Positions 21,110 through 29,697 of a stretch of 60,361 nucleotides of DNA are shown piece after piece. The notes below the pieces were generated by a model. It made no database searches, had not been told where the DNA came from, and was given only the letters and a program-made list of their open reading frames with translations. Source of the DNA: Candidatus Heimdallarchaeota archaeon (GTDB lineage Archaea; Asgardarchaeota; Wukongarchaeia; Wukongarchaeales; JBHIFL01); NCBI GenBank assembly GCA_046761065.1, contig JBHIFL010000016.1:1-60361 (forward strand), given 5' to 3'. Every line of letters starts with the position of its first letter. Positions within the stretch are counted from its first letter, which is position 1. Both the position numbers and the translations under genes were made by a program.

Positions 21110-22315
21110 ATGTCCATCATCGGCAAAAAAGGGAAGACGGTAAAACCAATTTCTTTATTCCTGAAAGAGGCGGGAGATCTCAAGATCATCGAAGAACGGA
21201 TTGGCGCAAAACACCTTAAGGAGGTTACTGAGTCCTTTATTCCTGTTCTTTTTGGGTACTCCGAAGAGAAGGGGATGGATTTCTGTCTCGATCACAACAT
21301 TCTGGAACTGTGCCGGGAGGGCAGAACCACAAAGGAGATCCTCTTTGAAAAGGAATGGAGGCACGAAGCGATGCTGGAGGATCTCCTGAATTTTCTCACG
21401 TGGAAGGGGGTTTTTAAAAAGAGAGGAAGAGAGTTCCAATCGCTGATTCGACCGGGAAAAGAAAAATCATTCTCCAAGATAGGAATTGAAGGAGTAATCT
21501 CACAAAGCCTTGACGTAACAGCTCTGGGATTGGGTTATCAAGAAAAAAAGCCAATCGGGCTCATGCCAAAGGACCGCAGGTGGCTCGAGGAGGCCAAACC
21601 CTACAAAGTCGTGTTCACCCTCTTCGATCGGATCATCTCCCGGTTCGTCCCAGACGCCCTGAAAACGGGGACGCAGCCGGCTACCTTGGATGACCGCCCC
21701 GACCAGCTGGGCCCGCTCACCGACAGCTACCTCATGAACCCGAGCCTGGTCATTCCCCGCATGGCCGTCATCGCCGCTGCCGTCAAACAGGTGATCCCGA
21801 CGAAACTCTTGGACTTGAACTGTGGCACCGGTCGCGGCATTGAGGAACTGCTGTTGGTTACCCCTAACGCGGAAATCGTCGGAGCAAGTGACAACTTGTT
21901 TCAGCTGCGGGTCGCGGAACGGAACCTCGCGGTGTTTGCAGAGCAAAGACGGTTATACCCGCGCCTCGAGTGGCGCGTCGTGGACTACTCCCACCCGCTG
22001 CCCAGCCAGCTGGAAGACCTGGTGGGCGAATGCAACATGGTCCTGGTGAATCAACTCTTCCAGTTTTGCCCCCATGCTGCCCATCGACGGCTGATCAACG
22101 AGATCGCGTCGTTCGTGAAGGCAGGGGGCCTTGTCGCCTTCTTCCAGCACCTGCGTGCGGAGAAGGAGCTCCCCTGGCCGCACGAATGGTTCTTCCGAGC
22201 GATTCACGGGTTTTTCGGGATCCCCGAGGAGCAGTCCTTCAGAGGCTTGTTCAAGCGTGAGATGGGGAAGGACCTGCGGGAGATCATCCCCTTAGCCGCC
22301 TATCTGGCTTATTAA
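21110..22315 (+). CDS. Class I SAM methyltransferase-like protein with N-terminal winged helix, copy B
   Basis: Paralog of 17061-18314. ATG at 21110 by alignment with copy A. Identical C-terminal ~247 aa, different linker. Confidence 0.75.
   Translation: MSIIGKKGKTVKPISLFLKEAGDLKIIEERIGAKHLKEVTESFIPVLFGYSEEKGMDFCLDHNILELCREGRTTKEILFEKEWRHEAMLEDLLNFLTWKGVFKKRGREFQSLIRPGKEKSFSKIGIEGVISQSLDVTALGLGYQEKKPIGLMPKDRRWLEEAKPYKVVFTLFDRIISRFVPDALKTGTQPATLDDRPDQLGPLTDSYLMNPSLVIPRMAVIAAAVKQVIPTKLLDLNCGTGRGIEELLLVTPNAEIVGASDNLFQLRVAERNLAVFAEQRRLYPRLEWRVVDYSHPLPSQLEDLVGECNMVLVNQLFQFCPHAAHRRLINEIASFVKAGGLVAFFQHLRAEKELPWPHEWFFRAIHGFFGIPEEQSFRGLFKREMGKDLREIIPLAAYLAY
21566..22306 (+). repeat. 741-bp GC-rich inverted repeat, arm 2
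   Basis: Reverse complement of 17070-17810. Confidence 0.95.
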
Positions 22316-22559
22316 GATTGTAAGTAAAAACTTTTAAATTTTAATATAAAAGTATTAATTGACTCCCTTTAAATATTACAGATAATCTCCTATATAATGA
22401 AAATGAGCCATTTTGAATCTTGTTTCAGTTATATTGTCATATACAAGGAGATTCAGCATGGAACTGAGCAAAAACTCAAAAGGGTGGTAAAAAAATTATA
22501 TACTTCGATAGTAAAGAGAACTGATAATATGATATCCATAATATGGAGTGGTAAAACCA

Positions 22560-22922
22560 ATGCGGATCGAAATTATTGCAAAAATGCCCCATGCTTTTGT
22601 CCATGAATGCAAGAAATGTAACTTCACACGACTTACAGGTACTAAAGATTTCAGACAGACCCAATTTGATACTTTCCCTCAGGATGTAAAACAAAACATG
22701 GAACGAACCCTTAAAATCCTCTCTATGCTCAATCAGGACTTTCCAGAGGGCACCATCAACGTCCATGTTACAAATCCTCTGAATTTACGGGTTGGATGGC
22801 GACTTTGGAAAATGAAGGAAAAAGACCCTATCGTGCTGATTAATGAACAGGTTGCCTTTAGAGGAGAAATTCCAGAATATATGGACTTGAAAAAATATCT
22901 CCAATCGATTCCAACCACTTAG
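22560..22922 (+). CDS. Thioredoxin-fold-like CxxC protein of the CstA/ArsA cluster
   Basis: Beta-strand IEIIA, then CKKC, helix, INVHV, cis-Pro-like DPIVLINEQVAFRGEIP. Confidence 0.6.
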   Translation: MRIEIIAKMPHAFVHECKKCNFTRLTGTKDFRQTQFDTFPQDVKQNMERTLKILSMLNQDFPEGTINVHVTNPLNLRVGWRLWKMKEKDPIVLINEQVAFRGEIPEYMDLKKYLQSIPTT

Positions 22923-23295
22923 CTTTTTGTTATGTTCTATCCGAAAATACTGTTGCCTACTTTGAAATGGTTTAACAATTTCATGATTTTAAATCACCTC
23001 AAAAACTTTTTATCTGATTTCCATTCTTCTTGATGGCATATTTCTAGTTTAAGGGGAGATTCGGAAAAAGTATTGTCGCTTAATAGATTCTTATTCGTAT
23101 TCAGGCAAAATCGAATCCAATCCATAGTAAATCATTGAATAGCCAAATGTTTGATGAAAAAACTTTTAGGGAGATTTCTTTCTGCGCTATATTTAAATTT
23201 AGATCTTCCAAATAAGTCATTTCGCATCTAGATAAATTTGGCTTACTGTAGAAAAACAAAGATAAAGGACTACTTAAACGAATACACACAAAAAA

Positions 23296-23619
23296 GTGGT
23301 AATAATGGCTTTCTATAAAAAAATGGAAGAAAAATCAGAGGAAAAACCAGAAAAGAAAAAAGAAAAAAAGGTTGGAGTGAAAGGCGCACTTCGGGACCTA
23401 ATCTATGGTGGAGCAATGCATGGTCTTGTTCGTCAAGCCCTAAAGACACGTATGTATTTAGAACATCTCTTTATGCTCATTACCATGGGTGATATGATGG
23501 GCGTACCGATCTTACCACCATACTATTCCTTACGACTGGTCCCTTATGTTGTTCCTCAAATAACTACGTGGAAACGACGAATGCTCAAAGAAAGGGATAT
23601 CACAGACTCGTTTTATTGA
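23296..23619 (+). CDS. Small CstA/ArsA-associated helical protein, paralog 1 (start probably ATG 23305)
   Basis: HLFML..GD.MGVPILPPYYSLRLVPY...WKRRMLKERD motif, shared with 25719 and 29319. Confidence 0.75.
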   Translation: MVIMAFYKKMEEKSEEKPEKKKEKKVGVKGALRDLIYGGAMHGLVRQALKTRMYLEHLFMLITMGDMMGVPILPPYYSLRLVPYVVPQITTWKRRMLKERDITDSFY

Positions 23620-23655
23620 TATAGAGTAAAGAAACACTATATGGGGCATTTTATC

Positions 23656-24657
23656 ATGAGTCAAACATACAGGGACTTTTTCCAACAAAATACAGACGTT
23701 TCGGTTCTAATTTTCGCAGGGAAAGGCGGTCTTGGAAAAACGACATTCGCTGCAGCAACAGGTCTTTACATGGCAAAACAAGGGAAGAAGGTATTAGTCT
23801 TTAGTACAGATCCTCAAGCATCGTTATCAGACATTTTTGAACGTGACATTTTTGGCAAGGGAGAAATCGAAATCCGCACGAATCTGGGTGTAATGGAGAT
23901 TGATGCAGATAAACGCATTGCTGCGTACCAAGACGAAATTCGAGAACGGATTAAGGAAATGTACGGGCTCGTCGAGGTTCCTCCAGAAATCGAAGAATAC
24001 ATCGCAAGTGCTTCTGCAGAACCAGCAATGCATGAAAGTGCGTGTTATGACGCTATGGTAGACTTGGTAGCTGAAGGAAAGTATGATTTATACATTTTTG
24101 ACATGCCTCCTTTTGGTCACGGTGTCCGGATCATCGCAATGGCAGATGTTTTGACTGCATGGATTGAGAAAATGGCAGAAAGCCGCGAAAAAAGCAAAGA
24201 GTATGATCGGGTAGCTTCAACCTTGCGAGGAGGAACGAAGGAAGATAAAGCGACCGAAGATGCCATTATGGAAGAACTCGAAGAGATTCGTGATAAATTG
24301 AGTTCCTTTACCAAGATGCTTCAAGATAAGAAACGCACGGGCTTCTTTATGGTGTTGATTCCGGAAAAGATGGCGATTCTGGACACCCAGCGGGCTCTTG
24401 ATATGTTTGGCCAATTCGGCATTAGATTGACAGGGATCCTTGTCAATATGGTCTATCCTCCTGAGCTTCTCCATGATGAAGGCTTATCTCCCTACTTGAA
24501 GAATCGAATAACCATGCAACAGAACTACATGAAGGAGATCAACCAAATCTTTGGCAAAGACTTGAAAGGAATTTGCCCTATGTTTGATCGCGAACCAAAA
24601 GGTCTGGACAGACTAGACAATGTAGCGGAAGCGTTATTCTCTTGGACGAAAAAATAG
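23656..24657 (+). CDS. ArsA/GET3/TRC40-family ATPase, single-domain subunit 1
   Basis: GKGGLGKTT, STDPQASL, DMPPFGH, IPEKMA, LVNMV. Confidence 0.9.
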   Translation: MSQTYRDFFQQNTDVSVLIFAGKGGLGKTTFAAATGLYMAKQGKKVLVFSTDPQASLSDIFERDIFGKGEIEIRTNLGVMEIDADKRIAAYQDEIRERIKEMYGLVEVPPEIEEYIASASAEPAMHESACYDAMVDLVAEGKYDLYIFDMPPFGHGVRIIAMADVLTAWIEKMAESREKSKEYDRVASTLRGGTKEDKATEDAIMEELEEIRDKLSSFTKMLQDKKRTGFFMVLIPEKMAILDTQRALDMFGQFGIRLTGILVNMVYPPELLHDEGLSPYLKNRITMQQNYMKEINQIFGKDLKGICPMFDREPKGLDRLDNVAEALFSWTKK

Positions 24658-24670
24658 GAGGAACAAAAGA

Positions 24671-25696
24671 ATGCCAGAAAGCTTGGAGGATTTTGTGAAG
24701 AACAAGCCAGATCTGAAATACCTCTTCTTCGGAGGTAAAGGGGGAGTTGGGAAAACCATCGGAGCGGCGGGAGTCGCTTATTATTTCTCAGAAATCTTGG
24801 GTAAACGAACGTTACTTGCTTCACTCAACCCCGTCCACTCCCTCTGTTCCTTATTTAGACAGGACCTCGCTGGGGGAGATCTGGTACAGCTCAAAGGACC
24901 AGCTAATCTCTATTGCTGCGAAGTGGAGATCCAAGACCAAGTAGAGAAGTTCAAGAAGGAAATCGAACAGAAGATCGCTCAATTTCTGAAATATGCTGAC
25001 ATTCCCATCAAGACGCGGGACTTCGTGGACATAGCTACGACAAACCCTGCATTTGAAGAAAGTGCCCAATTTAATAAAATGATCGATATGATGATCGAAC
25101 TTGGGGAGAGCGGAGAGTACGATATCTTAGTGTTCGATTGTGCCGCTGTGGCCAATGCCATTAGACTTATTGGGCTTTCTAAGATCTACGGCTTATGGTT
25201 GAATCGTATGATCAAATCTAGAGAGGAAGCATTGAGTTTACGGGTCAAACTAAGCTTCCGAAAAGAGAAAATTATGAGAGAAATAGCTAAAGACCCTCTA
25301 ATGGCAGATTTAATAAAAACTAAGGAGACAATGGATAAAGCAAGGATTTTGCTTAGAGATCCTAAAAAAACCGCCTTCTTTTTTGTTACAACTCCCCTTG
25401 CGCTCCCAATTTCTGTCGTGACTCGCTTTATCTCAATGGTGAAAGAATTCGATATTCCTGTAGGGGGAGTTTTAGTGAACATGATCATTCCAGAAGATGC
25501 AGTCCGTGGTCAAGTCAGTGAATATCTAAAGAATAAATACATAGAACAACAAGATTATCTATCCCAAATTAAAATGGACCTCGGAGACCTGGTTCGTGGA
25601 ACGATCCCCCTTTTTGAGTCTGAGATCCAAGGGGTTAAGGACATCTCAAAAGTTGCTGAGGCTCTTGCGGTAGAGCTCAAGCTGCATGGCCTCTGA
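24671..25696 (+). CDS. ArsA/GET3/TRC40-family ATPase, single-domain subunit 2 (degenerate switch motifs)
   Basis: GKGGVGKT; SLNPVHSL in place of STDPAH; DCAAVAN in place of DTAPTGH; AGGAGG RBS. Confidence 0.9.
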   Translation: MPESLEDFVKNKPDLKYLFFGGKGGVGKTIGAAGVAYYFSEILGKRTLLASLNPVHSLCSLFRQDLAGGDLVQLKGPANLYCCEVEIQDQVEKFKKEIEQKIAQFLKYADIPIKTRDFVDIATTNPAFEESAQFNKMIDMMIELGESGEYDILVFDCAAVANAIRLIGLSKIYGLWLNRMIKSREEALSLRVKLSFRKEKIMREIAKDPLMADLIKTKETMDKARILLRDPKKTAFFFVTTPLALPISVVTRFISMVKEFDIPVGGVLVNMIIPEDAVRGQVSEYLKNKYIEQQDYLSQIKMDLGDLVRGTIPLFESEIQGVKDISKVAEALAVELKLHGL

Positions 25697-25718
25697 ACAT
25701 TGATGACGTGGTGACATC

Positions 25719-25991
25719 GTGCCTGTCCGCCAGAAGCTGAACCAGTTTTTTTCAGCCCTTAAACAGATAATACTTGCTGCAGCTCTTGGTTCGCTCTATG
25801 AATATGAAGTGGAAATGAAAAAAGGGTATAATATACTGACCCTGGTTATCCTATTCGGTGACAGATATGGACTTCCAATTTTCCCAACATACTACCGTCT
25901 TCGAATCCTTCCTCATCTTATTGGTTGGTTCAGTTGGGTAGAGAAAGACCTTCTCGAAGAAAAAACCCTAACTAATCGCCTTAGTCATTGA
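25719..25991 (+). CDS. Small CstA/ArsA-associated helical protein, paralog 2 (divergent)
   Basis: LVILFGDRYGLPIFPTYYRLRILP aligns with paralogs 1 and 3; GGTGA RBS, GTG start. Confidence 0.7.
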   Translation: MPVRQKLNQFFSALKQIILAAALGSLYEYEVEMKKGYNILTLVILFGDRYGLPIFPTYYRLRILPHLIGWFSWVEKDLLEEKTLTNRLSH

Positions 25992-26253
25992 TTTTGATCA
26001 AAAACATCCTCAGAAACCACAGTTTCTGTAGAAAGTTGGTATTAACGACAACCTTTTTCTCATTAAATTGATTAGAGAGTGATTAATCCAGTTTTAGATG
26101 TATTATTTAGAGAGTTTTTCCTATTACTTACTCTACATCCTTTCTTCGCTCTAATTATTTAATTTTTCAGAATATTGACTATTCCAGCCCGATAACCAGA
26201 GATACAAATTTTTCTTCAATTAGTAGAACATTTAGAATAAAAAAATAATTAGT

Positions 26254-26278
26254 AAAAAAAAGAAAAAGAGAGAGAAAA
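26254..26278 (-). terminator. Oligo-U archaeal terminator downstream of cstA
   Basis: Pyrimidine/T tract on the minus strand about 20 nt after the stop codon. Confidence 0.45.
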
Positions 26279-26298
26279 TTTAGTTCAACTGGTTTGGT

Positions 26299-28080
26299 TT
26301 ACTTACCCGCCTCTGCAGGGGCCGCCTCAGCAACTACTTCGCCTTTTACTGCTGCTTTATAGCTCTCCCATGCATCTCTGATAACGAATAGTGCCAAGAT
26401 TACCAAGATTATTGCCAGGGTTCCTGAAATACTAGTCATAATCCTTGTAAATGTTGCACTATGACCCCATCTTGCGAAAAGCGCAGGCGTCTCTGCCATT
26501 CTTGCAAATGTGAAAGCATTCCATGCGGTTACGAGAAGTGCAAATATCGTAGTTACAATCATGAAGATCGCTGGAATACCAGTATATTTTGCACTCTTGC
26601 CCCTTCTTGCTAACCAGATGCTTACTAACATCAGTGTTAGGCCTGCCAGTAGCTGATTTGAGCCTCCGAACAGCATCCAGATTTCCTCATGTGCCTTCCA
26701 GTACGCTATTGATCCTGCAATGAGGACAACGATGAATGCTCCGATGTAGGTGTTTTTAACAAGTGGTCCGATCCCCGTTACCTCTCCTGTCACTTCAGCT
26801 AGTGAATACCGGCAAAATCGAACTGCTACTTGGGTAACTGAAGTTGTAAAGAGGATGAAGGTAAATGCTACAAAAGTCGTAACATAGAACGGCCCTCCTG
26901 GAAGGATTGCGTCAAGGATCGTTACTGCGCCACGAACTGTTGCTCCAACAAAAGCACCGGCCCAGATTGTCTCTACACGAGTTACTACCACATAGGAAGA
27001 GAGTGCCACCAGCGCAAGCATGCCTTCGGAAAGCATACTACCGGCGCCCACCGGGACCATGTCTGTTTCCGAATCTACCTGTTTCGCTGACCCACTTGAA
27101 CTCACCAACCCATGCCAGCCGCTGATGGCTCCACAGGCAAGTATCACAAACATCAACGGCCAAACTGCTTTAATAACTCCATCTGTCACTGCAAAGAGGT
27201 CTCCGATTACCGGGTATCCTTCTTTGGCTTCGGTCAGAACTGGAAGGGGTGTAGGTAGGATAGGTGTAAGAAGTGCTCCAATTGCTAGCATGATAATGAA
27301 GGCATAAGCCATGTAGAACGCTAAATAGTTACTGGGCTGCGTGTAGCTCCAGATAGGCAAGACGGCTCCGAGGAATACTAGAACAATAGTCAAAACCAAC
27401 ATGACTTCGAAGTGCCCTGCCCAAGATATCCCGCCTTCTTCCGGGGACCTGAAGAGCCAGCTGCCAAGAAAGAAAATAATGATCCAGCTGACAATTCCGA
27501 TGAGTGTCACGCGGACGATGTCCATTTTTAGCTTGTACAACATCCATCCCATTGCTATACCAATCCCAAAGAGTCCTAGGGTTGGAAGTATTGTTGCGGG
27601 AAATACGTTAAGGAACAAAGAGCCGAACAGGATGAATACTGCGCACACCATAAGCAAATAGATGAAGATGAACCATGTTAGGATCGTCCTTGCTCGGGGA
27701 GAGATGATTTCATACGTTAGGGGTCCATGCGACTTTCCTTCCTCTTTAACTGAAACCGCGATTGAACTGTAATCATGAACCCAGCCGATGAAGAAGTTTC
27801 CAAGAAGTATCCAAAGCAAAGCAGGCAACCATCCATAGGCAAGCGCTAGAAACGGTCCAAGAAGCGGTCCAAGACCTGTTATTGTCTTAAATTGAAATCC
27901 GAATAGAATATATCGGCTTGCTGGGAAAAATTCTGCCCCATCCATATACATATGGGCAGGTGTTGTTCGTGAAGGTTCTGATTCAATGATATTTTTATCG
28001 AACCACTTGGCATAGAACTGATAGCCGATGAAATAAAGCACTAGACCAATCACTATAAAGTATGCTGGATACAATGCCAT
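26299..28080 (-). CDS. cstA: Carbon starvation protein A (CstA) family permease
   Basis: TPAH.YMDG.EF.P, GFQF..ITGLGP..GP, GWVHDY, ACGAISGWHGLVSS, GSMLSEG, IWMLFGGSNQLLA. Confidence 0.92.
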   Translation of the reverse strand: MALYPAYFIVIGLVLYFIGYQFYAKWFDKNIIESEPSRTTPAHMYMDGAEFFPASRYILFGFQFKTITGLGPLLGPFLALAYGWLPALLWILLGNFFIGWVHDYSSIAVSVKEEGKSHGPLTYEIISPRARTILTWFIFIYLLMVCAVFILFGSLFLNVFPATILPTLGLFGIGIAMGWMLYKLKMDIVRVTLIGIVSWIIIFFLGSWLFRSPEEGGISWAGHFEVMLVLTIVLVFLGAVLPIWSYTQPSNYLAFYMAYAFIIMLAIGALLTPILPTPLPVLTEAKEGYPVIGDLFAVTDGVIKAVWPLMFVILACGAISGWHGLVSSSGSAKQVDSETDMVPVGAGSMLSEGMLALVALSSYVVVTRVETIWAGAFVGATVRGAVTILDAILPGGPFYVTTFVAFTFILFTTSVTQVAVRFCRYSLAEVTGEVTGIGPLVKNTYIGAFIVVLIAGSIAYWKAHEEIWMLFGGSNQLLAGLTLMLVSIWLARRGKSAKYTGIPAIFMIVTTIFALLVTAWNAFTFARMAETPALFARWGHSATFTRIMTSISGTLAIILVILALFVIRDAWESYKAAVKGEVVAEAAPAEAGK

Positions 28081-28135
28081 TTTAGTTTTTCCTCCATTTT
28101 TAAATATTTTGAGTCAATATAAAGTTAATTAAAAG

Positions 28136-28150
28136 CTTATAAGTCTTTCG
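28136..28150 (-). promoter_or_regulatory. Putative BRE/TATA promoter of cstA
   Basis: Minus strand CGAAAGA-CTTATAAG about 55 nt upstream of the ATG; GGAGG RBS at 28091-28095. Confidence 0.45.
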
Positions 28151-28508
28151 TAGAAAAAATTTACTAAAAACAATTTTCCTTTCTCTATTTTTTTATAAAT
28201 TAAGTCTTTTTGTTTCTATTCTAGGGATTATTCTCAAGAGTATATGATTTTTAGAATTGATATTGGAATTGGCAAATCTGTTTGTTTCCACATCGTTAAG
28301 TATGGATTGACTGATAATCGGTACAAGTTGGAGCTTTCCTGAATATTCCTATTACTTAAATTAAGTATAATCAGATCGATTCGTAGAGACATTCGGAAAC
28401 GAGCTGATTAATGAAAATTCTCTTCCTTATTCTAAAATTAAGATGCCTTGAATAATAATTTGTAAAATGAAATATATACGAATTCAGGATGTTCGTAGTC
28501 TACTATAT

Positions 28509-29213
28509 TCATATCGATGAACGTACATATCGATGAACGCGTTTCCCTAATGTTTGAAAAAGAGCTGTAGACTGAGGTATATTCGGTAATTGTGCTTTAC
28601 AGGTCACCAAAATGTTAGGTGAGTCTTCAGAAATCGAAACTCTATCAAGGGTGTCAGCTGAATGTTCGACCGTGTCTTGGACTTCCTTCTTTCTAAGGAC
28701 ATAACGGGCAAACTCTCTATCCTTTGTGAAAACTAAAAATTCAGATGTATAGCCAAAATCTTTTGTCGAGAACTCAATCATCTCGCTAGTCTCTGGTCTT
28801 CTGACTTTCACTCGCCCTTCCAAGATTTTTGCGGTAATTGGGACAAGTTCTAAGGTTGGAACCGTCCTTAGGTCTCGAACATCCCCTTGAAACATCAGCA
28901 AATCCTCATCTGTATGAAAGTATCTCAGGATATAGTGGAATGCATTCTCCCGATCCATCGTAGACATGATTACGTTAACTTTTCTGAAGGGGGCCTCTTT
29001 CTTGGGGAATGCCATCATTCTGAAAAGGTTATGTCCAATTCTTCCTCCGATTTTTTCGGAGTGGGGAGCAAGACTATGTGCCACTCGATCCCATGCTTCC
29101 CTCAATAAGCGTTGATTCCACCTAGAGCCGATCATCAGAACTATGATGAAAATCAAAGTCACTACTATAAAGATAAAAGGGCCAATCTGCTCTAATCTCA
29201 AGAAAACCACCAT
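28509..29213 (-). CDS. Single-pass membrane protein, CCDC47/DUF1682-like pattern
   Basis: N-terminal TM, then G..N..L...W......L......G, and V.V.(M/L)...REN.F..I...F....D.L pattern. Confidence 0.55.
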   Translation of the reverse strand: MVVFLRLEQIGPFIFIVVTLIFIIVLMIGSRWNQRLLREAWDRVAHSLAPHSEKIGGRIGHNLFRMMAFPKKEAPFRKVNVIMSTMDRENAFHYILRYFHTDEDLLMFQGDVRDLRTVPTLELVPITAKILEGRVKVRRPETSEMIEFSTKDFGYTSEFLVFTKDREFARYVLRKKEVQDTVEHSADTLDRVSISEDSPNILVTCKAQLPNIPQSTALFQTLGKRVHRYVRSSI

Positions 29214-29318
29214 TTATACATTATTGGGTTCGTTAGGTAGAATAACACATATATTTTCGGTTCTCGGCGATAGAAAAGGCTTAATTAATAGAGAAGTAAA
29301 AAGGATAGTTGGTATGAA

Positions 29319-29609
29319 ATGACCACAGATAAAGAGCGAACTAGTCCAAAAAGGCGTAAGGGCGGTATTGGGAGAGCGCTCAAGGACATTTTCTATGGAT
29401 TGGCTGTTCATGATATGGTTCGCTATATGCTTAAGGTGAAAATGAATCTGGACCATCTATTCATGGTTTTAATGATGGGAGAAACAATGGGGGTTCCGAT
29501 CCTCCCCCCATATTACACTTTGCGTCTTATGCCCTATGTTGTGCCATATATCCCGGTTTGGAAGCGACGGATGCTCAAAGAACGAGATCTAACAGATATG
29601 TTCTATTGA
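29319..29609 (+). CDS. Small CstA/ArsA-associated helical protein, paralog 3
   Basis: HLFMVLMMGETMGVPILPPYYTLRLMPYVVPYIPVWKRRMLKERDLTDMFY, closely similar to paralog 1. Confidence 0.8.
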   Translation: MTTDKERTSPKRRKGGIGRALKDIFYGLAVHDMVRYMLKVKMNLDHLFMVLMMGETMGVPILPPYYTLRLMPYVVPYIPVWKRRMLKERDLTDMFY

Positions 29610-29697
29610 GAGGGGGATTTCGCTGATTTTACTAAATAATCATTCAATAAACCCCTATGATCCCTAATTGGGAGGGAATCATCATTTTATTTGGCAT

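Noticed and set aside
17070-22306. Composite transposon with IS arms
   Set aside because: The arms encode a methyltransferase-like domain. No transposase motif, terminal IRs or target duplication was seen.
17061-22315. Diversity-generating retroelement (TR/VR) explanation for the repeat pair
   Set aside because: No reverse transcriptase in the window. The 3' arms are identical and the 5' mismatches are not adenine-specific.
23656-25696. Arsenic resistance operon
   Set aside because: No arsR/B/C/D/acr3 nearby, DTAPTGH is altered in both ATPases, and the context is cstA.
25701-25740. C/D-box sRNA (TGATGA...CTGA)
   Set aside because: Only 40 nt, with no clear D'/C' boxes, and it overlaps an RBS and start codon. 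Probably chance.
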